From contig NW_008246093.1 of the NCBI RefSeq assembly GCF_000281045.1, forward strand, positions 346,986 through 381,160: a DNA stretch of 34,175 nucleotides, read 5' to 3'. Made by a program: the position numbers and the translations under genes. The stretch is from Saprolegnia diclina VS20 (taxonomy: Eukaryota). Positions 11,318 to 22,334 of the stretch are shown one piece after another. The notes under the pieces are model-generated. The model was not told the DNA's origin. It saw nothing but the letters and a program-made list of their open reading frames with translations, and ran no database searches. Positions within the stretch are counted from its first letter, which is position 1, and each line of letters opens with the position of its first letter.

Positions 11318-11752
11318 ATGCACGACCTCAAGTGGATCCTCAATGACGAGGACATGGTGCATATTGCGCCCAAGAAGACGGTGCGCTTTGCGGCGACGGC
11401 CATCGAAGCGAGCTTCCGCGTCGGCTACAACGGCAGCGCCGTGCCCAGCGACAAGGTGCCCGGCGTTGGCCTCCATGGCCCCGCCGTGTCGACCGCGCTC
11501 GTTGCTGTCTCGGACAAGCCGAGTCAGCTCATGCGCTACAACGCCAGCGACCGCCTCTTCTTCCTCAAGCGCGCGGGCTTTGACGCGACGCAGGTCATGC
11601 ACCTCTGCATTGAGCAGACGCAGCTGCAAATGTCGCGCAAGCAGGCGATCCTCGAAGAGTACATGGCCCGCCACCAAAACAACAAGCGCAAGCAAGAGCT
11701 GGCGGTCGCGCCCACGAGCAACACTGCCAAGCGCATCTGCGTCGCCCATTGA
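11318..11752 (+). CDS. Intronless 144-aa protein resembling the CSRNP N-terminal domain, with an RVxF-type motif
   Basis: Strong GC3 codon bias and an ATG in a 'catcATG' context. The pattern 'KKTVRF...F..G.SAVPS....GL...R..LKRAG.......E..L..SR' resembles the CSRNP N-terminus from memory; no search was run. Confidence 0.75.
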   Translation: MHDLKWILNDEDMVHIAPKKTVRFAATAIEASFRVGYNGSAVPSDKVPGVGLHGPAVSTALVAVSDKPSQLMRYNASDRLFFLKRAGFDATQVMHLCIEQTQLQMSRKQAILEEYMARHQNNKRKQELAVAPTSNTAKRICVAH

Positions 11753-12508
11753 GACTCCTGTAGCACTAGAAGACACCTTATTTATTCCCACTAATCTTAT
11801 CGACTAACGCCATCAAGCGAGACGATGGCTCTTCTTCCTCCTCTCTTCTGTCTTTCGCTGCGTCGAGTGGGATACTACTGGCACAGTCACCGGAGCCAAC
11901 GATCTGGGCAAGCCGCCCTTCACGACCAAGCGTGGAGACCAAGCGTGGCCCGGCTCCGTCATCCTGTTGACGCGCACCCCCACCTTCGTCGCGTGGGGCT
12001 GTCTCTGCACCGCCATCGAGTCGGTCCATCAAGCAAAAGCTACTCGGTGCGCTGAGCTGGGTACGCTACCCGACGATGCATGGCTAGAGCTTGCATGGCT
12101 ATGGGCAAACAACTAGCCGTGGTTGACGACGGGCAACGACGCCGCAATACAGTACCACCGCGCACGTAGGGCCTATTTGGCCTCGTCGACTTCAAGTTGC
12201 GCAGCCGGTGGTGTGTCTATGACACCCGGCGACGCACGCGCTTTGGTGCGGACAGCCCTGCGCTCGTCATTGCGAGCCGGTGGGTAAAGACCTGCCACGT
12301 CTCACGCAATCATCAGCCTCAGCCTCGTCGTTGGACTTGGCAGCAAGGTACAGGACAGGACGCATGGGCGTGGCCATAGCGATGCATGGGCATGCTCGGA
12401 GGCGGCGCCGGGGCGAGGACCTCTGGAGCGGCGATCAATGGGATGGTCATCGTCGTCATCGTCGTCCGGTAACGGGCCGGATACTTTTATGCGGTGAAAA
12501 TTTCTGAA

Positions 12509-14545
12509 ATGGCCGAGTTCGACGCGCAGTACGTGCACCTCGTGCGCGAGGGCTTGTCGCGCGTGGCCATCGAGGCGCGGCTGGCGGCCGATGGCATCGA
12601 GGACGTCGGTGGTTTCTGGCAGGCGATTGCGCATCAAGCGCTCCTCGACGCCTGCGACCCGACGCAGCCGATCGACCAAACGTGGCGCCGCCTGTACCCG
12701 TTCCAGTACTTTGAGCCCAACTACGCGCTGCCACCCGTGGCCTCGCCCAAGACGCCAGGTACCCATAGCTCGTACATGCTAGCTGACGTCCACGAACGCT
12801 AGGGTATCTCCGCGTCGTGGTCATCTCGGACACGCATGGCTTGCATGGGAACATGGACGCGATTCCGGACGGCGACATCTTGCTGCACGCTGGCGACTTT
12901 ACTGACACGGGCGACCGCGACGAGGTAACGCGATAGACGCCAGTGTGAGGTTGTGTATCCGACCGGCGTAGGTGCTTGCGTTCAACGAGTTCTTAGCCGC
13001 CTTGCCGCATCGCTACAAGGTCGTGATTGGCGGCAACCACGAGAGCACGTTCGACAAGGCGTACTACCCGACGCAATGGCAGCGCTATGGCCACCCGATG
13101 CAGTACGACCCGGACGACGTTCGCTCGCTGCTCACGAGCGCCTTGTACCTCGAAGACGAGCTCGTCGTCATCGAAGGCTACAGCATCTACGGGTATCTTA
13201 ACCTCCTCATCCCGCGCCATGCGTGATAAGATACGTATAGGACGCCGTGGCAGCCCGAGTTTTGCAACTGGGCGTTCAACTTGCCGCGGGGCAGCGACGA
13301 ACTGCGATCGAAATGGACTGCGATTCCGGACGACGTTGACATTCTGTTGACGCACACACCGCCGCTCGGGCGCGGCGACCACGTGGGCATCAGCCACGTC
13401 GGCGACATCGACCTGCTCCAGCAAGTGCAGCAGCGCATCAAGCCCCTGTACCATGTCTTTGGCCACGGTATTCTTGCATCCTCCTTACATGTTAACATTG
13501 TCTCGAGTAGTGCATGAAGGCTACGGCGCCAGCTGCGACGGCACGACCGTCTTTATCAACGCGAGCAACTGCGACGAAGACTACAAGGCCATCAACCCGA
13601 TCGTGGTGTTCGATCTGCCGCCACGCCTGGCCGCGACCGCCGACACGGCCCATGCCTACCATACAAAATTCGCAGCTCAAACGCAGCAGAGTATGCTAGC
13701 ATTATTGTCTGTGGCTTGTTGACGGGGTGGGGTTAGGTGCTACCTTTGCCTTGCGCCGGTTCCGTATCCAAGGCACGAGCGGCGACCAAGTCTTTCAAGG
13801 TACGATGACGACATTGCGTGGCAAATAGTTGGGACGGACGATGGGATAGAGGCGCTGCGGAAGCGTCCGATCGACCGTCGCAATGCACGCGCGATGAAGT
13901 ACTGCTTCCTCGAGAAGGCCCACGAGCCTGCTGTGCCGGCGCCGCCGTCGCCCATCGCGCCCAACTACAGCGTCGCGACGACCCGCGTGCGCAAGCTGGG
14001 CAAGAGCGTGTCGGTCTCGGTGCTGCAGCCCGACAGCTTTGACCCGCTGCCGATCACACGCGCTACAACCGACGCGCCACCGCGCCGAGGGTTAGGGGTA
14101 CGTGCCTCCGAGTCGTTAGCACCACATGACCCCTGACTAGGGCCGCCGCTTGATTAGCAAGAACGCGGGTCTTGCCGTGCTGCCGGAAGAAGACGAGCTG
14201 AAGCAAGACGCGCCGGCGCCAACGGTCGTCGAGCCGCCGTGCGTCATGTGCCAGTACAACGTCCCCGGGCACGTCCACAAACCGTCGGCGCCAGTCGCCG
14301 CGCCCGTCGCTCCAACGCCTGTCGTTGTTGCCGACGCGCCGCCTGCCGACGACTGCGTGCTTTGCAAATACAAGGTGGCGGGCCACGTGCACCCGCGGTC
14401 GGATCCGCCACCCACACCCGCACCGACGGTCGCTGCTGCTGCGGCAAGTACGACCGAGACGCCACCGGGTACGTGCCCATGTGATGGTTGCACCTCATCC
14501 TCAGATATTTTGACGCAGAAGGCGAGCGCGGCGCACGCGGCATGA
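12509..14545 (+). CDS. Metallophosphoesterase of the MPPED1/MPPED2 (239FB-like) family with a long Pro-rich, Cys/His-containing C-terminal extension
   Basis: After splicing, the calcineurin-like motifs are VVISDTH, DILLHAGDFT, VIGGNHE, GTPWQPEFCNWAFN, DILLTHTPP.G.GD, HVFGHVHEGYG and FINAS. Further in-frame GT-AG introns at about 13691-13736, 13800-13849 and 14098-14140 extend the frame to TGA at 14545. The alternative stop is at 13722. Confidence 0.85.
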
Positions 14546-14623
14546 ACCGTGTCTCTTCGTGGTTTTAGTTGCGCAACAACAAAGGTGTCATGACCTGACG
14601 TCCGGTGGCAGTCGGAGGCGCGT

Positions 14624-16223
14624 TTACAGCTTGGCAAGCAACTGGGCGACGTGGCGGATGTAGTATTGCGGGTCCGTGATCGCATAGTAGGGCTCCACGC
14701 GCTTCAAGTACCCCTCTACTCCATCCCAACTTTTGTGAGCGCCGAGGACCGTTGCAAAAGCCACCTTTGGCGATATCGAACGGCACCACGGTGCCCGTGG
14801 CCGCGTCGCGCACGTCGACGATGTGCGCCTCCGTGCTAAGCAGCAGTATGAGTCTTCTCGCAAAGCAGCAGTGTTGTACGCTTCAATGTGGTCGTCAAAA
14901 AAGACTGTGGCCGGCCCGTCACCCGGCGTCACGAGCAACAGCTACATCGCATATGCTCAAGTAGTCGATAGCGTCGCACGTACCTTGCCATACTCAGCGT
15001 GCTCGGCATGCGCGCTCCACCATTCCCAGTAGTCGCGCATGGCCGTCACGCGCCGGCCTTTGGCCAACGTCGCGTGGAGCGTGGCTTGAATTTCACCGAA
15101 ACCATGCACGAGCTGCACGTCTACGCGTCATTGAGAGCCTCACTTCGGTCACTATGGATAGACCGCTCGAGTAAAACGACTCAGGCGTCGTGTCGGCCTT
15201 GAAGGGAACCTTGGTCAGCGTGTTGACAGCGAGCGTCGTCCCCGCCGCATCAAAGCCATCTACAAGGGAGCTCGGTTTCTGGCTCTTTATGGCATGGAAG
15301 CGTACTGCGGTAAAAGGTCGCATACGGCGGCAAGAGGCGCATCGAGTCGGGCAGCGTTTTCTACAGCAATTGGTCAGCTGTGGTCGAGCGCGGAGGGTCG
15401 TACGCCGAGGAAGAGCGGGTGCTGGCCGTTGCAGAGCAGCTCGAGTTCCTTGGCCACCTCGGGGATGTCTTCGCCAAATGTGCGAAAGACCACCGAGAGC
15501 TCGACGGCGTCTAGGCACATGAGCGTCTTGGCGACTTGGCACATTTGTCAATGTCCTACCGGTCGTCGTCTCGGCCATGTAGTGCAGGAAATGCAAGAAC
15601 GACGGAAGCAAGTAGTAGCGCCCAGCGCTCCACGCTTCCTTGAGCCCCGACTCGTCCAAGCTCTTCGCCGCTTCCTACGTCATACGGTAAGGAGGAGCAT
15701 GGCGAATCTGAGCAGCGTACCTTGGCCGCGTCCCGGAGGTCGCCTTCGGGAAAATGGAGGCAGTCGAGCACATGGGTATAAGACGATGCGATTGGGAGGC
15801 CGGGGCCGCTCGTAAAGGCCGACTGCAGCGCCGTTCGCTGCTTCTTTTGGCTCCTACGCTACGCATGACCACGAGAGCGAGAGATTTGGGAGAAGGGTAC
15901 TTGTTGAACGCCTTGACGTCTTCCATGGCGCCCGAAGCCATTGAGTTGTACGGGTAGAGCTGGTCGACAAACTTTTTGTACGTGATGAGCGACGGCGACG
16001 GGGCGGCCAACGACGGCTCCTTGGAGACGCAGACCCACTATGGCGCATATCGATCGAGTCGCGAGGTCGAGGCGAGGACGCGTACCTCGTTGCCGTCGAC
16101 GCGGCCGTAGGTACACTCAGAGAGGAGGTAGTTGAGCGTGTTTTCCATGGAGCGGCCGCCCGCGACGTCCGACATGACGATGGTCCGGTTCAGGTCAAAG
16201 TGGAGGACGAGCTTCTTCATCAT
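14624..16223 (-). CDS. Conserved hypothetical protein, HAD-superfamily-like, multi-exon
   Basis: The N-terminal 'KLVLHFDLNRTIVMSD' resembles HAD motif I (DxNxT variant). Other segments are 'YYLLPSFLHFL', 'VVFRTFGEDIPEV', 'MRDYWEWW' and the acidic motif-IV-like 'VFFDDHIE'. Exons are separated by short GT-AG introns (e.g. 16038-16085); stop TAA at 14624-14626. Confidence 0.78.
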
Positions 16224-16268
16224 CTCGGCGCTGGACGGCAAATCGGCGAATGAAGCGTTATTGTTTGC

Positions 16269-16291
16269 GATTGGCTAAAATGAAGCCAATC
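16269..16291. promoter_or_regulatory. Inverted pair of CCAAT boxes upstream of the HAD-like gene
   Basis: GATTGGCT (16269-16276) and AGCCAATC (16284-16291) are exact reverse complements. They lie about 45-70 nt upstream of the ATG at 16223. Confidence 0.55.
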
Positions 16292-16718
16292 ACAATGCTT
16301 CACGAAAAGATGTGACCTGCAAAAGGCAACCCAGCAGCCCGCGCACCGCGGCCGATGATGGCTGGGTCGATAGGACGCTATGGTTCAATTATGGCGCTAC
16401 ATACCCTTAGTATGTTTCAACTCGATCCATTTCCTGCTCGAACCGGTAGTAGAACTGCAGCGAGGAAGGAGCAAGCGCCAGAAGGATGTCAACAGGCGTG
16501 AGGTATGATTTGGGATCGACTTATCTCGATCCCAAATCGAAACTTTTGCAACCTTCTCAAATCGCTGTGATATTTTCAGGGACGCTTTCTCTAGCTCGAG
16601 AGAGGTTATATGCCGACGCACGTGGCTATCAAAGGCCTGCAAGTATTTATTTTGAAACTCGCCAACAATTGCTGTTTTATTCCAACATAAATCAGCTAGA
16701 TATTCAACGCGAGCCAAT

Positions 16719-17984
16719 CAGGGCTCGGGCATTCGTAAATATTTTCGTAATTTGGGTAAACACATGGCGAATTACAAAATAACAAAATATTTTGAGGGCC
16801 ATTTCGTAAGGATTTTGTAAGATTACGAAACTTTTGGAGGCCTGTTTCGTAAAAGTGACTTCGAACCCGGGCTCCCGCACCCTTTTCCGTGAACTTTTGC
16901 GAGTTTGTACGGGAACACACGGCACTTTTTCTCACAGGCCCATGGGAAAGAGCGCGAGAGCCAGCGGGTTGCACGACGCGCTCTTTTCCAGACTAGCTCA
17001 TAATCCGAAATGGCTCCAGCTAAGGCGGCCCCGTTCCGCATGAAGTGGCTCGACGATGTCTCGTGGCTCGTGTACGACAAGAGCAAGGACGCCGCGTTCT
17101 GCACCACGTGCCAACTCGCTCAACAAGTGGAAGATGCGCGTCGCTGACGAGTTTGCCGACTACTGCGCTTCCGAGTCGGTGTGTTTGGCGCATTTTGAAG
17201 GCGTCGCGTACGTACGTCGCCTCGTCAAAGCCATTGGGGATCGCTTTCCCATTGTGCCTCTTCATCGAGCACATGCGCTGCGCTCGCGACCTCGTCGCTT
17301 ACGGTGTCGATGAGGTCGAATTCCTCCGCGTCATCGACGCCGGGGACAGTAACGTTGCTCTAGAGTACGGCGCGCTCAAGCAATACGTCATGTGTACGGC
17401 CCCGCAGTCCTCGGCGATGGATTTTTTGACGTTCGTCCTCACTGACTCGCACGTTGCGAGGATGTATCCGTCCATCCTACAGCTCGTCACCATTGCTGCA
17501 ACTCTCGCGCCGGGCTCCGTCGACTGCGAGCGCGCCTTCTCGCTCCAGAACCTCGTGAAGACGGACAAACGGACGTCCCTCTCAGCGAGCCACCTACAAG
17601 ATCTCATGGTATGTGCACGGGACGGGCCCGAGGCCTCCAAATTAGATGTACCTACCATGATGGGCGAATGGATTGCCGCCAAGGAGGAGTCAAACGCGAA
17701 AAGACGTCAACTTTGAAGGTCGCCACTCGTTTCGTAATCTACTTGAAAAATGTATACTTGCGTTTCGTAAGGACCCCCAAATCTTAAAAGTGGTACAACG
17801 TCGGCCAGAAAATGATTCGAGCACTGTGGCACACCGTGTTGGATTCGCCTCATGATTGCCTATCGAATGGTATCATCAGAATACCGAAATAAAATTTCTA
17901 TCACCACATTACGAACGATGTTGTGTTTTTACGAAAATATTTTAGAGCCAGTTTGTAAATTACGATGCGAACGCCCGAGCCCTG
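16719..17984 (+). mobile_element. Non-autonomous (internally deleted) hAT-superfamily DNA transposon, 1266 bp
   Basis: The TIRs read CAGGGCTCGGGCATTCG (left) and CAGGGCTCGGGCGTTCG (right, reverse-complemented), a 16/17 match. A perfect 8-bp TSD, GAGCCAAT, sits at 16711-16718 and 17985-17992. There are subterminal TTCGTAA repeats and an internal transposase remnant. Confidence 0.95.
17010..17716 (+). pseudogene. hAT transposase remnant (N-terminal TTF-type zinc-finger fragment + C-terminal dimerisation domain; catalytic core deleted)
   Basis: ATG 17010 gives 'MAPAKAAPFRMKWLDDVSWLVYDKSKDAAFCTTCQL'. The frame then changes to '...YVRRLVKAIGDRFP' and again to 'MYPSILQLVTIAATLAPGSVDCERAFSLQNLVKTDKRTSLSASHLQDLM', which carries the hAT dimerisation signature ERxFS. 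Confidence 0.9.
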
Positions 17985-18412
17985 GAGCCAATACATGGCG
18001 CTTTGAGCCTTCATAATTCTAGACAGACTTGTCCTTGGCCCCTGAAAAGGTCCCAGCGTTCTGGCTCCGCGCATAGAGCGTGGTATCGAAAATGCCATTT
18101 TATTCAAATCAATTCGTTGAAAAATCACCCAGCGCCCAACGATGCCGCAAATCAACACGTTCAACCTCTCTCCATCACTAGCGACTTGTAGTGGGCCGTT
18201 GAAAATAATCCCAGCATTTTCCAACATTTTCTACATTTTGGCCATGCACCGCTCCAACGCCAAGAGCTTGAGTGAGGCGCCAACTTGTGCGTTGGGAACC
18301 CAAACCGCATGAACCAGACGGGCCAAGTCTCCCCCATGGTCGCGTGCTTTCTCGTGTCAAAACTGGAGGAGGAAGTACAAAGAAATATAGGCATTAGGGA
18401 TCGCACTGCGGC

Positions 18413-20017
18413 TTACTGCTGGCCCTGCGTGATGAACGTGAGCAGATCGATGCGCGTGACGACACCAAAGATGACGCTCTTCGTCTCGACGGCGCCGCCC
18501 TTGGAGAACGTGCGCTGCTCGGTCACGACAAGGGCAAAGTGGTCCTTGTCAAAGATGCGGCTGAGCTCCGAGAGCGACGTCTGCGTCGAGACCTTGCGGA
18601 ACTGCTTGTACATGGCCTTGGAGACTTCGTCCGTGGGCTGGATGCGGCCCGGAAGGAGCTGCGCGATCAAGTTGCCCTCCGAGATGACACCGACGATCGT
18701 GTTGGTCTCGTCGACGACCGGCAAGTTGTCGAAACCCTCGGCCTTGAGGATATCGACGGCCTCCTTGCACGTCAAGTCGTGGTGGATCGTGTACGGCACG
18801 TTGAGCGGGAGCTCCGAGACCGTCTTCTTGGCCCACCACGCGGTGTTGGCGGGCTTCTTCTCGACGTTCTCGACGTAGCCGTGCTCGTACATCCAGTCGT
18901 CGTTGAGGAACTTGGTCATGTAGTTGCGCGTCGAGTCGGGCAGCATCACGACGCACTTTTGGCCGGCCTTGAGGTCCTTGGCCGCGTTCACGGCGGCAAA
19001 CATGGCCGAGCCGCACGAGCCGCCGCAGAGGAGGCCTTCTTCGCGGATCATGCGGCGCGCCATCAAGAACGAGTCCTTGTCGCCGGTCTTGACCCACTTG
19101 TCGACGACGTCGCGGTGGAGCACATCGGGAATGAAATCGTAGCCGATGCCCTCGACCTGGTACGACTTGAGGCGGTTAAAGTCGTTGAGCGTGTCGGGGA
19201 CCGCGAGGATCGAGCCGATCGGGTCGACGCCGATGACGACGCAGCTCGGGCACTTCTCCTTGATCTTCTTCGCCGTGCCCGTGATGGTACCGCCGGTACC
19301 GGCCGAGATGACGAGCATGTCGACCTTGCCGTTGCACGACTCGAGGATCTCTTCGGCCGTCTGGTCGTAGTGCGCGAGTGGGTTGGACGGGTTGGTGTAC
19401 TGGTCGAGGATGTGCGAGTCCTTGATCTCCTTGTTGAGGCGGATAGCAACACCAATGTGGCTCTCCGGCGAGTCCCAAGCGGCCTCCGTCGGCGTGCGGA
19501 TGATCTCGGCGCCAAGCGCCTTGAGCACATCGACCTTCTCCTGCGACATCTTCTCCGGGAGCGTGATGATCATGCGGAAGCCGTAGATGGCAGCCGCGAG
19601 CGCGAGGCCAATGCCCGTGTTGCCCGACGTGGGCTCGATGAGCGTGTCACCGGGCTTGATGCGACCCGACTTCATGGCGTCTTCGACCATGCGCTTGCCA
19701 ATGCGGTCCTTCACGGAGCCGCCGGCGTTGAAGAACTCGCACTTGGCGAGCAATTCGCACTGGAGGCCCGCCTTCTCGGCAATCTAGTCCATCAATCTGC
19801 AATGAGCGTCGAGTGCTGAGGCGCTAAGGCGTACCTTGTTGATCTTGACCAACGGCGTGTTGCCGACATGGTCGAGGATCGTGTTGAGGATCTTGGGCTC
19901 CGTGAAGCTACCATGTGCATGAGCCGACGGCCGCGCAGAGGCTGGAGCTTACCGCTGGTCGTGCGAGTGGGGCGTCTTGATGAAGCAGGTCGCGTTCTTG
20001 CAGGGGACCGAGGACAT
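18413..20017 (-). CDS. CBS: Cystathionine beta-synthase, 3 exons (20017-19953, 19907-19835, 19783-18413)
   Basis: It has GNTPLVKIN, the PLP lysine in [46 protein letters not shown] and [18 protein letters not shown], followed by a C-terminal Bateman (2x CBS) module. Both introns are canonical GT-AG and keep the frame. Confidence 0.96.
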
Positions 20018-22299
20018 GGTGGTGGCGAGCAAAGGGCAAATTGACAAGTGGATCCTGCCCTCTGGAAACCCTCTGAACGATTCCGCCAATCACAGGCGCC
20101 GAATCTTCAACGTATCACTTGAATATTGGCCAACGTGGGCAAAACATCGGGATATTGGGACAAAGCCCAGTTTGTCCACAGCAATTCGAGTGACCACAAC
20201 CTACGCGACCCAGTGCGGTCGCCATAGCAAGGCAAGACCCGACGCCTCTCGAACAGTCTCGTGCTCTGCTTCGAGGTAGCGTCCGGCGGCCACTGTATTT
20301 TGAAGCTGCTACGTGCGATGCGACGCCATTCGCTGGACCAGAAAGGCCATGGTGCTGCTGGGCATCGAGGGCACGAACAGCACGAGCAAGCGATGGCGAG
20401 GCCATTAGCTCTAGTAGACCGGTAGCAGCTTCACCATCGTGCGATCATAGCAGTGACCAACATATATGCAAGTGTGAAATAAACGTAGGACAAGAGCATC
20501 GCCGGTTGTGGTCGAATGCGCCTATGCTGCGCGGGGTGAGATCTTATTGCGGTGCTGCGGTAAGATATGATTGTGACCTTGCGGTGCACGGTTATTAGCT
20601 ACTCGTGCTTCAAAGTGCAGAATGACACTGTCGGCTCAAGTGGGCGCGTGACGCAGCTTGGCTGGCCGTGCCCCAAGGCATCTCCATGATGTCGTCGGTC
20701 GTGCGCTTGTTTCTCCCGAGTTTGTCCCTTGCAGCTCCAAGATCGCGCGTCACTGAACCCAAACCAGAGTTGCCAAGGTGCAGGTAAAACCATCGGGCGA
20801 GGTTTGTCCCAAGGCAAAGTGAGCTGGCGGAATTCTGTTGGTCGACGCGTGTCGCAGCACAAAGGGTGGCTGCGAAGACGTTCGCCGCTTGCCCAACGTG
20901 TGCTGGCGTGTTGGTGCGATCTGACTGGCTACTCGCGATGGATGACGTCCGAAGCCGGCAGATTTCCAGGCAACGACCTTGAGAGGCACTGAGCGAAGAG
21001 CACCAGCATTGCGCTTCATGTGCGCGCACTTGGCACGCGTGTAGTTTAGCGCGTCGTCGGCGTCTCGCGCTTTATTGGTGGAGCTGGAAAAAGTGTTTGG
21101 TAATCATTGCTGTCGCCGTGCATCAGGATGAGAACGGTCTCTTCTGGTCCTCGACCTTGTCGACGGACGAGGGCGTCCACGGGCGCAAGGACATTATTGT
21201 CACTCGAACGGTGCAACAGAACGGCGGTTCTTCTCAGGATTCCTACCGTGCCCCGAAACGCCGTCGCCGGATTGGGCGTGGACGCTCAGTCCATCTCAAA
21301 AAGCGTGGACGAGTTGTCCCGTCGACGTCCTATATCCGACGCGAGCTCGCCTGTCTTGAGCAACCAGCTGCGGCAAACCAATGTCAACGAGAAGCATACA
21401 TGCTTTGTTGCACAAGCATCGCGCTTGTCAGCAACACGGTCGCGCTTGGCTCTTTGGTGCTTTGCCGAGCTGAATGTCGGGATGCCAAGTGCGATGTACG
21501 AGTACGGGCACATCTCCCAGCACGGGTCGAACGAGGACCTTCCACAACACTTTCATTAACAGTAGTCGCAGCACACTCGTCAAGAGGTAAGAGGCGAGGT
21601 GTCCATGAGTATGCCGACTCCATAGCAGAAATGGCACATTTGACGCGCATCCAGCCAGATCCGATGATACGCAAGCCAGTCTTCGAGGGATTCTTCCTCT
21701 GCAATCCCATCGCTCGAATCTATCGGCGGTAATGGCGCTGACCTAGGAGACAAGAATGTCATACGAGTTCATGGTCCAAGCCTATCTCTTGAGCTATCCC
21801 TTGACGACGGTGCCGGTACACCACTGGCTCGAGCGGCGTACTACGACCAGTCGCTGGCCATTGGGTGGTCGGTCGACAGCCTCGTACTGGTCGCGCCACT
21901 CTGCAGTGGCAAAGCCACGGCGTCGTTGCGAATTGAAGCTAAAAACACCCAACTAGCCGCGTCCAATTTGCACCCAAACCGCGCACGGCGACGTCATGGA
22001 CCTGCGACCACCACACGAGTTTGCACGCTTCCATTCCTCACACAGGTCGTTAGCAGTCCCATGTAGTGTCTTCTCGACCAGCAACCACTAGTGGCTTGGA
22101 AGAGAGCGCCGCTGTTTGACGAAGCACCCTTTGAAAAAACATCGAAAATGGCGTGCGTCTAGCCATTTGCCGCATCCATGCAGTCGCCCTTGAAGTTTCA
22201 GCAAGCCACCTGCCCTCAAAGCGCACTTAATCCGCCTAGACGCATAATTTGTATGCGATGACGAGCGACCTGATAACGTACGTCGGCGCACTTTACAGG

Positions 22300-22314
22300 A
22301 CTCACTTTGCACCT
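22300..22314 (+). promoter_or_regulatory. INR-like core promoter of the SAPS-PH-FYVE gene
   Basis: ACTCACTTTGCACCT lies about 20 nt upstream of ATG 22335 and shares CTCACTTTGCA with the ASNS promoter. Confidence 0.5.
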
Positions 22315-22334
22315 CGGCGGCAGACTCGGACGCG

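Noticed and set aside
18539..19819. 426-aa antisense ORF over CBS
   Set aside because: The same codon-bias shadow effect.
20100..22250. ORFs (e.g. 21097-21732) between the divergent CBS and SAPS-PH-FYVE genes
   Set aside because: No recognisable domain or gene structure; possibly a decayed gene, unsupported without a search.
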